DNA of 63,997 bases, counting the filler, from Hyphochytrium catenoides (Eukaryota > Protista > Hyphochytriomycota), in NCBI GenBank assembly GCA_900088475.1. It is 6 parts of 6 records of this genome, joined end to end, with 100 filler letters (N's around TTAATTAATTAA, not from the genome) between each part and the next. Parts side by side here need not be neighbours in the genome. Positions count along the whole stretch, not along the records: positions 24,492 to 55,101 come from FLMG01002568.1; 5 more parts are not named here. The stretch is one strand, 5' to 3'. The notes beneath the pieces were generated by a model that ran no database searches, was not told the origin of the DNA, and saw only the letters and a program-made list of their open reading frames with translations. The first letter of the stretch is position 1. Every line of letters begins with the position of its first letter. A program made the translations under genes and the position numbers. Of this stretch, positions 38,013-51,258 are shown piece by piece.

Positions 38013-41000
38013 TTATCTCGATGAAGCCGTTGCCATGGCTTCTTTCAGCTGCTGCACAACCTGCTGTTGCTCAGGGCTGAGAAGCTGGACCTAAGTAAGA
38101 CAAAGAGAGTTGAGGCCCAATGTTGGGGGTCTGTCACTTCCGGATCATACAGGATAGGCAAGAACAAGCAAAATGGGAAGAGGCAACCAAAAAAGGAAAG
38201 AAAAGAAGAGATCGATAAAACAGGCAACACATGAGCCGATGACATAGGAGAGACAGTGAGAGAGCTAAGAAGATCCAGCACTCAAAGAGTAAAGTAGATT
38301 TATTTCCTACCTGTGCTGGAGTAAGAGAGAGGATCTTCTGATATCTTCGGTAGTTATCAACGAGTAAGCGCTTAGATGGAGGCAGCGCTTGTAGTTGCTC
38401 GGACGAAAGAAGAAGAAGCTCTGACAGTTCTTCTCCTGTCTGAGCCGCTCCATGTTGGCCCTCATCACCTTCTGTCCGATGCCCTTCTGGCGGGCTCTCT
38501 TTCGGACTCCCTAACGCTGGATTTGTAGACGCGACTGCAAGATCCAGGTAGAACGAGGTTAGATAGATACCACAATCGGTTAGAGTCAGGAAGGAAGGAC
38601 AAAGGAATGAGTGGTCCAGGAACTGACAGTTGAACAAAGTCCGCAGAAAGACGGGTAGCCCAGAGAAACAGTCGGCGTTTGAGCGGGCAGTCACGTACGG
38701 CAACGGTAACGGTGAGAAGCTCTAGCATTGTATCTTCTCCGACCCGGAGTCAAAGAAAGGAACAGTCACGCACGGCAGAATCGAAGTGGAAAGGAGAACA
38801 CTGGAGAGGAAGTAGGTACAGATTGGAAGGGAGAAGAGCGTTAGGAGAGAACAGTATGGTACATTACCTTGATCTGGTTCCATCTTCAGCCCTTGCATCA
38901 CTCTCTGGATCTCCGCTGCAAAGCCTTCCAACTCCCGTTGTCTCTGCAGAGACGGGGAATTCGAGGGAGAGCGGGCTTTCTCTGATAGAGCCGAGGGTCG
39001 GGATTGCGGAGCATTTGTAGGGGGTGACCCGTCCACCGAAAAGCTCTTAGCTCTTCGTTGGCCTTTGTTCTCATCTTTCTGTTTTTCTCCTTCCTTACCC
39101 TCCTTTTTTTCTTTCCCCCTGCCGTGCCCAAATGCTGAAGAATGCGGAGCTGTTGAAGATTTCAGCAGGACCGGGGAAGGCTTGGTTCCAAGCAGCTTGA
39201 GCGAGAGAAGCTTGCTAAGGATACTCTTTCTGACAGTGATAGCTAAGGGACTCTCTCCAAGGGAATCCTGAAGCCAGCCACACCAATTTCGCGTGGTTGA
39301 AAGGTCAAGAGATAAGCAAAGAAAACAGAACAATCGGGTGTGAGCTACAAAGCAACATGTGGCGAATGAGAGAAGTGAAATGGTGAGGAGAGGACACAGC
39401 CTTAAGGAGTAATGATGAGATGAGTGAGCACTTCTTTCACGCAGGATCGCACTGCACTCTCTATCTCCGTCTCGGCCCTCCCTGGAGATCGCTCTTAAAG
39501 GTTCTCCTCCAGTGTCTTTCTGACTTACCAGTTTTGCAATGTATTTGTCTGTCATCTCTCTTACGAATTGATCTATATGCGGCAAACTATTTGCTTCCGC
39601 TATGAAGAGAACAAGACGGAACATTGAGGAGAGCAGCAAGAGAGTTAGCGCCATTGGGCAGCAAGTCAGAGATAAGTTGGTCAGTGGAGTGAACAAAGAA
39701 CAACTGTGATGAAAGGTCCGCGAAAATGAAGTCGGATGAGACAGCAGAGAAGAACGACATGACGTACGTCTCTTCTCCCAATCCTTCAGCTCCTTATTAA
39801 AGTCCCTCTTAACGTTCTTAGCAGCAATAGCACTACTCTCTGCAAGAGTCTGCTGGGTACCAGGGCCAACGACGGGAGAGGGAGAGGAGGAACCAGAAGC
39901 ATGTTGTTCCTGGGTGTGGTCAGCGCTATGCCTTTCTTCTATTGCCAGGGGAGGAGAAGAAGAGAGAGAAGCGGAAGGAGGAAAGCTTGGCGCTAATGTC
40001 TCCTCCTTGGCGGTTTGCTGGTTGTTGGGGCTAGGTCCCGAGCCCTCGGAGAGCAGATTGTTGTAGGAGGAACCATGTATTCCGGTCAGAGACCTGACTA
40101 GCTCACTGAAGATAGGAAAGGTGAAAGGTAAGTCAGAGCAAATGAATATAAAGGAGAGTAAGAGGAGAGGGAGAGAGAGCAAAGGCAAGGACAGGGAAAG
40201 AAGATGAGGACAAAAGAAAGGACCGTGTGCGAGAGACCAACTGCTGTGAGGGAGATCACAAAGAGTGAGAGAGAGCAGGACACAGCGAGAAAGAAGAGAG
40301 AGACTGCAGTGATATAGAAGGGGACGCCGGAGTATCTGATGGAGAGGAAGGATTAAGTGGAAACAACATCCAAATTGTTAGCTCTCTGGCATCGGCACCT
40401 CATCTTACATTTGGTCTTGACTATGCATCTCCACGCCGTAGCTGCTAAAAATCTGGTTCGCTATGACCCGAGGCATACAGAGAGAAGAGGTAACAGTAAG
40501 TTACTCGAGACAGTAATGATGATGACGACGTTCTCAAGTCTCACAGGTTAAGGGTAAAGGGAACAGAGGTTCGATTTGTACCGCAGCAATAGCAATGAGC
40601 CAATGCCAGTAAAATCGGCCACAGCTTGGCCAAAATTCAAGAAAGACGGCATCATCAGTGCTCATGCCCTGTTGCCTTCCCGACTCTATTTGTCTGGCTA
40701 GCTTTGAGCTCACTCTATGGCTCTGTCTATAACGATTGTCCTCTCTTCTCGCCTACCTCCACTTTGTCCTAGGGAGGTCCTCCTGGTGGGACTGCTGCCA
40801 GGGCTCCTTTTGATGAAAGGTTCGGACTCTCGCTTTCCTATAATCCTGCTGCTCATGCTGCCCAAAGGGTCAGACGAAGAAGATGTCGAGAAGCGTCCAG
40901 GTATGAAAGGACAGGACCCAGCTCTTTTCCAGAATTTTGGGTCATTTAGGTCCAAGTCTACGACATCTTGAGATCGAAGATGGAGACCACGGTTATGAAG

Positions 41001-43272
41001 ATTGGGGTGGCAAAGAAGCTTCAGTTAGCTCGGACGCGACGGCTCAATGGAGAGCAAGATGATGGTACAGAAAGAGGAGAGTAACAGTGCCAGCTGATAG
41101 GGATCACGCTGTCATCTGGACAGCAACCGAGAGGCGTTCAAGAACCGGAAAACTGAAGGAGTGAGAGGTTGAGTAGATACCTCGCGTGACGAGTACTCTA
41201 GCAAATCTCAAAGAGAAGAATGGAACTCGAGGGAAATGGAGTACACGATACGGTAGACTTACCTCTTGTGGATCGAACCTTACTCTCCCCTCCTTGCTCC
41301 ATTTCCTTGACNNNNNNNNNNNNNNNNNNNNNNNNNNNNNNNNNNNNNNNNNNNNNNNNNNNNNNNNNNNNNGTTCAGGATGTTCACTCCGGAGAGCGAG
41401 ATGACGCTCCGCCTGCTTCGAACGCGGGCTTGCTGGATATTTTGCAGGACATCGTCAATGATGGCATGAGCGGGGGAGGTGTCCTGCGCGATGGAATCAT
41501 TTTAGCTCAAGACTGACGAAGGTCAACAGCAAGAAAAGAAGGAGAAAAGGAAGAGGAAGAGATGCAGGTGCGATCACACTGTGCAACCAAGGGTATAGTT
41601 GGCCGCAGTCTTTGCGATGCTAAAACAAAGGGAACAGAGGGAGATAACAGAGGCGAAGGCATCCAAAAAGAACTAAACTGAGTAGAGAAGGAGTGAGGAT
41701 GATGGCGTGCGGAAATTGTAGACGGAAAGGCAGAATAGCTGGCGCTACGGCTGTGAGATATTAGAAAGCAAGGGACTTGGAGGCGTGCAAAGTCAGTTAG
41801 AGACCTTGGGGAGAAAATGAGGGGAAGCTGTCTTACACTGAGTCTTGGCTTGAGTGGGCTGGAGCCGCTGCGCTTAATTTCTCTCAAGGTAGTGTCAGAT
41901 TCGCTGCGGCGCGAGTAGTCCTCCGTGTCCTGTCCCTCTTCCTCCTCCTCCTCCTGCTCTTCTTCGCTCTCTTTATGAAGGCCCAGTGTCATGTCGGCCC
42001 AGCCCAAGATGCTGCTCATTTTTTCCGCTGTGTACTTCTTCTCCTCCGACAAATCTCTGTCCTCTGCTAGTTCCAGGTCAGGTTTGGAGGCAAAAGCGGC
42101 TCAGTAGACAATGGTTCACTGGGGCCTCTGGGCTCTTCGCCGCGGTCCATGGGCTTGGGGTCTTCCTTTGCCTATGGACCTAAGCTGTAGCTGCGCAATA
42201 TGTCTGGATGCTGCCTCTCTGTCCGTTTCCTTCCTTGTCCTTTAATGAAGCTTCCTGCTTCAGAAGTTATGGATTGAAGGATGAGGGACAACTGGAGAAG
42301 CTTTGTCAGCTCCACGGGACATGCAGCAGAAGCATAAAAAGCCGAGGAAGATGTTGTGCAGGGGAGGGAAGGGTGGCGGTAGCCAAGAGCTAGACTGTAA
42401 GGTCTGTGGAGAGGAAGGACGGAAGCACGGTTCTGTCCTCCAGACTCTATCTTCCTCCACTTCCCTTCCTCCTTGGCTCTTCTACGTGTTGGTTTTTCTC
42501 TTCGTCTTCGACCTCGATCTCTCTTTCTATGTGTATCTTCCCCCCTCTCCCTTCTCTCTCTGCCTTGTCGAGTCTTCCTCCCAAATCAAGGACTTTCACT
42601 TTTATCCATGTCTTTTTAGGGCTTAGTGCTTCCCCTCTTTTCTTACATCTGCATTATACCTGGGGAGACAGGGAGTGTGAGGAGAGGGAGAGAGGGACAA
42701 GAGCGAGAGAGCGAGCGAGAGCGAGAAAGAGCGAGAGAGAGAGAGAGAGAACAGAGAGAGAGAGAGACAGAGAGAACAGAGAGTGATGGAGACGCCAACC
42801 AAATCCCAACTCTTTCTTTGAGCGATAACTTCCAGCTTGAGCATTGAATCTTTCAAAAGAGAGAAGGGATTCATTTGTTAAAGGAAAAACTGCATTTCCG
42901 TAAGGAAAACAAAGAAGCTTTCAGCGGGGCGTTACATTTGATGGTCTTCCTCATGTTGTTGATGGCTTTTTGGCTTGCACTTTCTCTCTCCTCCAGCACT
43001 CGTCGCCCAGTGTACGCTGCATCTCAATGTGTTCTACCACGTGCAGGGGACCCGACCTCCTCATAGCCATTCTCTCTGTACAGTGCATGGTGTGTCCTCC
43101 TTCTCTCTCTTATCCCCATCTGGAGCGGACTCTCTCTCTCTCTCACGTCGCCCTTCTCTCTGGCCCTTTTGTCGACTTCTCTCTCTCTGTGTTTGCCGCT
43201 TGGCATTCTTAGTCTAGGGCGTCCTCTAGAATCCATTATTTCAAGTCTACGTCGCTTCCCGTTCCTCAGCAT
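38013..43272 (-). CDS. Multi-exon low-complexity protein ending in tandem CSTF_C-like motifs (5' structure uncertain; internal gap)
   Basis: The last two exons give LLLLSSEQLQALPPSKRLLV...ILSLTPAQ|VQLLSPEQQQVVQQLKEAM, resembling the CstF-64/Rna15 C-terminal motif. Upstream exons are S/E-rich and may contain a frameshift near 42090. Confidence 0.45.
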
Positions 43273-44621
43273 CTGACATTGGGCTTAAGGACCGCTTGCC
43301 ATTTTCTCAATGATCAGCTCCTTATCCCCTGCTTGAGCTTCTGGTCGCCTCTATATCTATCTCTTACAATAAATCAAAGTGTGTGAAGAGCAAATTCTGC
43401 CACGAAGATGAGACAACTGAGATCTGAAAGACTTATCGGTCCCTTCTCCATTACAAAGGACACAAATGGACAAAGCTACCCTGGGGAGAATGCTGGAGGT
43501 CATTCTTGAGTCCTCGTCACCGCTATCCTTACGGTCATAGCCCAATGAACTTTGCTTCGCAGCTAAGGAGCATGTAGCTCTAAAACCCTTCTCCTCTTAG
43601 TCTCCAGCAGGAGATTCCCTCACGTTGCTCTGCAGTATCGTCGTAAATGGTCATGACGATCCCCGAACCTGATGTCGCGGAATGGACACTGTAGGGCAAC
43701 ATATGGAGGCTCCCATTGAAGACTATAAGAAACCATCCATCGAGCGGTCTTCAAGAGGGAAGCCTGATCACCTGGCACCTCAAGTTGTAGGGAGTTCACT
43801 TTGAAATGCCACATCACTAGCGCATCCCAAGGACCCACTAAGTTGGTAGTGTAGCACTCCCACATAAAATCTCTCTGTAGCTTTACCCGAGGACCTTACC
43901 GTTTAGGGTGTAGCTTTACCGACGGCTGCAACTGATTTGGCTGTCACTAGTCCTCTTCCCGCACTCACACATATATCCAACCATCACCTGCTAAGGCTCT
44001 GTGCCTCTGAAAGCAAGGCATCCGGGTCCCAACAGAGGATCAGCCAGCTTAGAGGAAGAGACGAACAAGGATAATGCGCTAGTGATGATGGGAGCAGAAC
44101 AGAGAAGCGTGTCAGCGGAGGCCGACGAGGCCCGGTCGGTCCTGGTGCAAAGAGGGAAGATGGAGAACCCGATAACTTTTCAGTGCGACACGGGAATATT
44201 CCCAAATGGATTATTTACTTCAAAAATACCAACTTCTCCTAAGTTAAGATTGTGGAAGGATTTATAAGGGCTAAATGAAAGGTTGAACCTTTCAGATCAG
44301 AACAGTTGAGGTTTGGATTTGGCGATCTTTGGCGCAGTTGGACGCGGAAGTTCCTCATCATCGCGGCCCCGACGCCTGCAGCTGCAGCGGAGCTTCGAGG
44401 CCTTGGACCAGAGACCTACCGATCTGCAGCTCCGTCTGCCTTCAGATCACCGTCATTTCATTGCTCAAGCACGCCGTCAGGCAGCTTACATATGTTCAAA
44501 CACAGATTGCAGCATCCCGTTTGAAGCCGGCTGTGGTGTAGAGGTCAATAGAGATTAAGGTCAGGACTCGAACAGATTCTGCCCCCAGCCTCCAGGCAAC
44601 AAGAGCTTGATATTGGAGAGA

Positions 44622-46135
44622 ATGGAGACGACTATGATGACAGGAACTGCTGAGATCCTAGCACCTCCATCCTGTGGCGAGGATCACAGGCCTCTCCCGA
44701 CCCATAAGAGCTATAACACATTTCCAAGCGCTGCAAGAGTACATCAGAGAAGCTATCCTGCCGTTCAAAACTGCAAAGTGGATGAGTATCGCTACTTTTC
44801 CTTCAGAGAGGACGCTGCTACAGTCACAGAAGGGGAGAAGTCCTCCGATCAAAGCGCGGTACGGCGGACTGTACTGCAGATTGTTGGCGGTTTCCTCTTG
44901 GTGCTTGCGCTCTTGGCACTGCCGCAGCTGCTGCAGTCTAACTATCAGGATCAAAGCACTACTCTCCAGATCCTGGAAAGCGAACTGGCTTCCGAGGATG
45001 AGGCAAAATGTACGATCGAACATCTTCTGCATCACCGCCCTTCTATGTCCTTCCTCCCTCCCTGCTTCAAGCTCCTCCACAATCTCTGACTTCTCCTCAA
45101 CTCTTTGATATCTGTGATACGGCTCTTCCTCAGCTCGACAAGAGTTCGAGGAACTGCTCACCCTTCCAGTAGTGAACTACAATGGTCCGCGGGCAAGTGA
45201 TGCGAGAGGCCTTCATCTCTCGCTCTCCTACCCCGGAGTGGGAAAAGTCGGTAACCACGATTTGGTTCCTATGCATAAGGTACTACGGGTTGAAAGGGAA
45301 AGCGCACACATGGAGAGGTTAGCCCTTTCGTTGAGGAGAAAGAGACACTTCAACAGAAGATGGTAGGTGTCGAGGTGTCAGGGAGACGATGGGACAACAG
45401 AGAGGGGACAATAAAGCAGAGGACGCTAGGCATAGCTGCTGCATGGAGAACGAGGAAAGGGTGCCTCTAACAAGCAACACCACGTCTAACAACTTGTTCT
45501 CCTAGGCAAAGTCAGCACCCCGTATCAATCTTTCTGGCACTCTCAGTGCTCCTCTTACAGTCATTATGCTGGACGTAGACGCGCCAGATCCAAAGGATCC
45601 CTCACACTCTCCCTTTGTACACTATATCATCAGCAACTATATACCTGGGCAAGACTTCGATACTACTCTAGACTACTATCCTGTTAGCCCGCCGACAGGT
45701 GAGATAGACAATAGAAAGAGCAAAAGCTGTGCGAGAAAATAGAAAGAAGAAGAAAGAGAGAGGGGAGAGAGAGAGAGCTAGAAATGGGGCTTTCTTCTAA
45801 GTTGTCTCTCTTAGAGCCAGCTTCTCTGCCGTTCCATTTTGGCACTTGTGCGCATTTTGCAGTTTGCGCTGACCCGCTACCTCTTCTGGTGATACCTGTC
45901 ATGCCTTTAGCGAGTGATTAACAGTCTGTCTCTCCCTGTTCACCTGTACTGGATATCAGGTGTTCATCGCTATCTCACCTTCGTGCTGGAGCAGTCGTCT
46001 CCTATGACAGAGTCGGCCACGCCGAGGGACCGCCAGAAATTCAATTTGACGGCCTATGCCATACTCCACGATCTCATTTTGCTGCCAGAGTATCTTCTTT
46101 TTGTTTCCAAGCCGGAGAAGAAGATGAGAGGTTGA
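44622..46135 (+). CDS. PEBP/RKIP-family protein with N-terminal transmembrane segment, 4 exons
   Basis: Exons 44622-45009, 45134-45279, 45506-45698 and 45960-46135. LTVIMLDVDAPDPKDPSHSPFVHYIISN...YYPVSPPTGVHRYLTFVLEQ...RQKFN. Hydrophobic IVGGFLLVLALLALPQLL lies in exon 1. Confidence 0.87.
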
Positions 46136-46289
46136 GCTCTTGCCTCCCCAACATCAAAGCCCTTTTCTTTCTCTCCCTATTGCTGCTTTGGCATTTGGGG
46201 TGGCTGCTTACCCGTTGCTGATGTGTGTAGGTCTGGAGGCTCTTCCTCTTGTTCATCTGCTTCCACCTAAGTCTGTCTTGTCGTCATAG

Positions 46290-49200
46290 AGGCGCAAGGC
46301 GCCTCCTAGCTTTATAATACAGGCTGACGTCCACTTAAAGCGCCAAGACAGTTTGTAGGGATAGTCCTCTGCTCTATACTCTGCACTTTCTTCCTGCTTC
46401 ACATTCTCTGCATTACGCCTTCCTTCGACCTCGTTAGCAGAGTGGGGAAGGAGAGGTTGACCCTTCTTGTACTTGCCCCATCAGCTCCTCAGCGGTCATG
46501 ACAGCCGGCGCACCATCTCCAGTCTCACCACTGTCAACCTCATCCCTTTCCTTCCCCTGTTCTCCTTCAAAGTTGTGTGCGGCCTCTCCTCCTTGCCTTC
46601 CTAACTCCATGGCGTACTGCGGTATGGTAAGACGGAGGCAGTAATAAGAAATGGGAGGTAAAGGCAGTTAGCGACGAAGACTCGGGCTCCATCGTGGAGC
46701 TCATTGTTTTTAGGAGTCGCTCTTGTCACACCAAATGGGCCCATAACGCGTGGTGAGGAGTGCAGTTTCTATATTGATTGATGCGGCAGAGAAAGCTAAA
46801 GGGTAGCAAGTAGGTAGCTGCATGGAGGATGGAGGATCATACAGCTGCGCAGAAGAAGATGACTCAGGCTACTGCATAGACGGGTTTGAGGAGACTATCA
46901 TTAGCAGAAGTCTAGGTTCTTTAAGAGGAAAAAATACAAGCAGAATTCAGAGAGAGAGAGAGAGGGAGCGATCTTGGCCAATAATATACCTCAAAATGTT
47001 CAATGGTCTGGTCCAGCACAGCGCCTTCGCATGCATTTCCTCCTCCCTCCTCTCCCGTCTTCGTTCTCCAAGGCCTGCTGACCCCCGCGGAGTGCTGACC
47101 TCTTGCAATGTGTTTCTCAAGCTCCGCTCGGCGGACAAAGCAGCGGGAGCACCTGGCTCCTGACTCCAGGACCTCAGGGCACCAAAACAAGGACTTGGCA
47201 TTCTGACGGGCCGCTTCCTTCCTTTGTTCACTTTCGTTCAATTTCCTCCTTTTAGCTAAAAGAAGACGCATTAGTGTCTGACATTTTCTTCCCACTGAAT
47301 CATGGCACTTTCACCAGGACCTGAACATTGGGCTTACCTCTACTTCTGCCAGTAGCCAACTGTGACGAGGGGAAGCTGCTGGAGCCGGGATCTGAAGTGT
47401 GTGAGAGTGGCTGGAAGGAGAACGAGAAGGAAGAGGATGCTGTCGGCTCCGCTCCTTCTGTAACCACAACTCCTGGCTGTTCTCTCTGAATCTGATCCGA
47501 ATAGAAAGCTGGCCCAACGGACTCTTCTTAGAGGCAACGCAAGAGTGAAGGGACAAGAGAGCGCAATGCATAGGTTTAGTGGACTGAGCGCCAGAGCTGG
47601 TCCCAAAGCTGAAGAGAGTCAATAGGACGAAAGTGGGGGGACTGTCTTACTAGCACGATCACGGTTAATCTGCTCCTCAGGAATATTCCGTCCCGTTCCA
47701 TAAGCTTTCATTCCCCAGCGGGCGGCCTGAGGTCGGAAGAGTGAAGGGAAGAAGCTCTCCTAAGCTTTTACACATTGCAGAGCTCTGAAAGTAGACCGAC
47801 ACCTCACAGGCAGACCGCAAAGGAGAAGTCCTGTCACAACTGACAGAGTCTCTGCGACAGAACACTAGGACTCGGAACCAAATAGAGAAGAGAGGAGAAA
47901 AGCAGACGTGAAGGACAGGCACAGTGCAAAGAGTGCGGCAAGCCACTCTATAGTTGTCTGAGCTAAATTCCTTTGCCTATGTTTTCTCCTCCTTACCTGG
48001 AAGTTTCTCCTAGAGATCGGATGATGAAAGGGCAGGAGCTCGTTGAGCTCCTTCAGTGTGAACTGTGCGCTAAGGATCCCAAGGATGCGGTACTTCTCTG
48101 TCAGAAGACTTTGGTGAGACACGCCGCGTCTTGCCTCCCGCCCACTTCGACTCTGCGCATCCACAGCATTATAACTCTTGACCAACTCCTACAGGACAGA
48201 GAAATATGAGCGTCGTTTGTCGGCAGCCTCGGGTGCCTATGTTCTTCTTTCCCATCTCCTTGACAACCATTATTGTTGCACTGGCTTACTTGGTCTATAC
48301 CATCTCGCTATGTCTCCCTCTCCTCTGTGCGTTGTGACTAGACCTTCTCTCTATTAGACTTCTCTTCTATCTTGGGACTATCGCTCTTCACGTCGTTATA
48401 GCAGGTCCGTGACACTCTCTCTCCTATCTCTTGCTGGAACTAAGAGTCAAATGACAGTCTACCTCGACCATCGGAAGCTTAGCCACAAGCCTGGGACCGA
48501 GTCCTTCCTTAGTGTTAAGTGACACGTTTGCTACCTCGAGCGCCGCCTCCACCAGGTTCGAGTCTCCCACAATCTTAAAGAGCTAGATAAGCGAAGCATC
48601 CAGCCGCGTCACGTTCAATAGAGAGACCTTGGCTTACCTTCTCCACCAAGCTCGTGCAGCCAGCGAGTATCACTTTCCGCAGCTCAAATTGCCGCGTGCG
48701 CGTCATGGTCCGCGGATCTTCCCTAAAGACTGCCCTCTCCAACAAGGTATCAGGAAGTTCTGCCTCCAGCAGCTTCAGCACTTTTCTAACTAGAGCCTTC
48801 CTCCGGGCTTGACCCTTAACCTCCAAGGCTGCTCGCCTGGTTCCTCGCGCGCCCTGCTCGGTTGATGGGCCTGCTTCCGGAGGATCCGCTAATGTGCTTC
48901 GCTTGCTTTTTGGCAGCCCGTCATTGGGTTCTTCTGTTTGCTCGTCAAGAGCTTGCGGTGATAGCGAGCCCATGGCGGAAGGCATTTGCTATCTTAGTTC
49001 TCCTAGGGCATCACGTTTCCTCTATAGATAGCCCATCATAGTTCGTTACAAGGCCTGATAGCCGCTGAGGTAGCTTTTTCTCAGACTTGCCACTAAGCTT
49101 TCCACTCGTTCTAGTTGAGGGTGAATATTAATGCTCCTGAAGGGTTGCTGCTTCTAAAGCCTCCTGTCCTTGAGAGAGCAGTCCTTCTCGCGCCTCCAGA

Positions 49201-49770
49201 CGCCCAGAGCGACGTAGAGTTCAGCATCCGCGGTAAGACGACTCCCGGCAAAACTGCCTGCACGTAACAAGGGTTTGTCTGTTTGTCTAGTGGTGAGGTG
49301 TGAGTAGCCTACAAGAAGCCTCAGAGACTTGTGGGTCTGAGGGCTCGAGCTGCTGCAGCGGATCTCTGAGCTGACTCCTCGATGAGACTCTCTCATCAGG
49401 CTCTAGCGCCGGTGCTGCTTGGTCCAGCTCATGGTAGGCGAGGTGCTGCTGCTCCTCCTGCGCGGCTGCCTCTGTTTGACAATGAGAAAAGAAGCTCCAA
49501 GCTCAACAGTTCCCGCCACCATTTATCACAAATAGCAATGCGTACATGACCCTAATACCTTAATGAACGCTATCTCTATTCTGAACATGTAAAGTGGAGC
49601 TCACTGAACATCGGGATCTCAGCCTCTCCGCTGCTCCGGCCGCAGAGCTTGCAGATGCTCTCACCCCGACACAGCGCCAGGCAGCAGCTCCAGGAGAGTC
49701 CAAGCACAAGGAGCGATAGCTGAGAAGGCAGAATTTGGCGGCTGTCGTCCTTGTGATAGAGTTCGGTCTC
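46290..49770 (-). mobile_element. Spliced, internally deleted or decayed DNA-transposase-like gene (Sola3-like by remembered motifs) with C2H2 finger
   Basis: Ordered motifs GESICKLC; ELVKSYNA...KYRILGILSAQFTLKELNELLP..ISRRNF; FWCPE...CSRCFVRRAELEKHIARGQH. No catalytic DDD region or TIRs seen. Confidence 0.4.
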
Positions 49771-50062
49771 ACCTTTAGCTGTTTAGAGACAAGGATTCAG
49801 CTGTTAGAGGGAAGGAAGGCTGAGGCTCCTCCCTGCTATGCGCAATGGGTCGTGAATCGATGGTGACGATGTCGCGGAGCTCAGCTGAACCATTGGCCAA
49901 TATAGAAGAGCTCGGATAGACTGAGCTCTAGAGTGCACTGGCTCAGAGGTACCTCCAAGCCTTGCCAGAGCCGAGAACGGGTGTCAGACGAGAGGGCGCT
50001 GACTGCAGAGAATGCTCCCTAGGGTTAGATAGGCGAGGCAAAAGAATCACTCTTCGATCAGC

Positions 50063-51198
50063 ATGGCCACGAATCAACAGCACAATCCTCTCCGCAATTT
50101 GTCGGACGCTCAGCTTCAAGCTCGCATGCTGACGCTAAAGCAACAGTTTGCTCAGCTACACGCCTTATTTCAGAAACAACCGAGCACGCGGGTGCAGGAA
50201 TACATGCGGACTGTGGCGTCACAGGTCGGGCTGATCAAGCAAGAATGGAACTCACGACGGCAGCGGCAATCGTTGCAACAACAGCAGCTGTCGGCTAGCC
50301 TCGCTCATCTCTTCAATCAGCAGGGCTCGACCCAGCAGCAGGTTCTGCAAGTTGAAGCACAGGCGGCAAATCCGCTCTTGGGGGCGACTGGTTACGGGCC
50401 CCTAGCGGCGGCCATGCTCGAGCAGCAGCGACAACGGAATATATTGATGGCGGCTGCTGCGGCCAGCGCTGCAGGAGCTGCCAGTAGCTCTGTATCTGCC
50501 CGTAAGTGGACTCCTAGCTAGGATAAAGCGGGGCGAACCCCAGAAGAGGGATCAGCGATAATAGGTTTGGGTGTAGAAGAGAGGAGAGAGAAGGCGAACG
50601 GTTAAGCAAGAAACTCAATCAAAAACATTCAGAAGAAGATAAAGAGAGGACGGTCATAGGGTAAAGAGATAGGAGATGGGTTCTCACTGTCCTGCTCCCT
50701 CTATGCCCTCCATTCCTTATCTCCTGCTGCGGCTCAACAGCTGTGTCCGTGCCTCCAACCCCTAGCTTGGCCTTCACCAGCGGCGTTACGTCCACCGCTC
50801 ATTCCCCCAGCACGTCAGTCTCTTCTCTTCAGACCAATCTGATGTCAGATGTAGGCGCCAATGGTGCAGCGCGTACAGGTACGAGAGAGTGCAAGGAAAA
50901 TGACGTTGACTGAGCGTGACGACGAGAGAGAAGAGAGAGAGAGACACCCTGGATAAGAGAAAAAGGAGCTGTTCTTTGATGGCTGGCTCTGTGTTAGGCG
51001 CCATCTCCGTTCCCGTCGATATCTTCAGTAGCACTAACACCAACCTTGGCGGCCCCCAACCCCTAGTGGGCGGCACGACCCACAGTGTCGATGGCAGTGG
51101 TGGGTTCCGATGTAGTGGCGTCATATTTCAGAACACTGTCGCGCTTGTTCCCTTTCTCTCTCTCGCTCTTTCTCTCTCTCTCCTGTCTCTCTCCCCTG

Positions 51199-51258
<60 letters not shown>

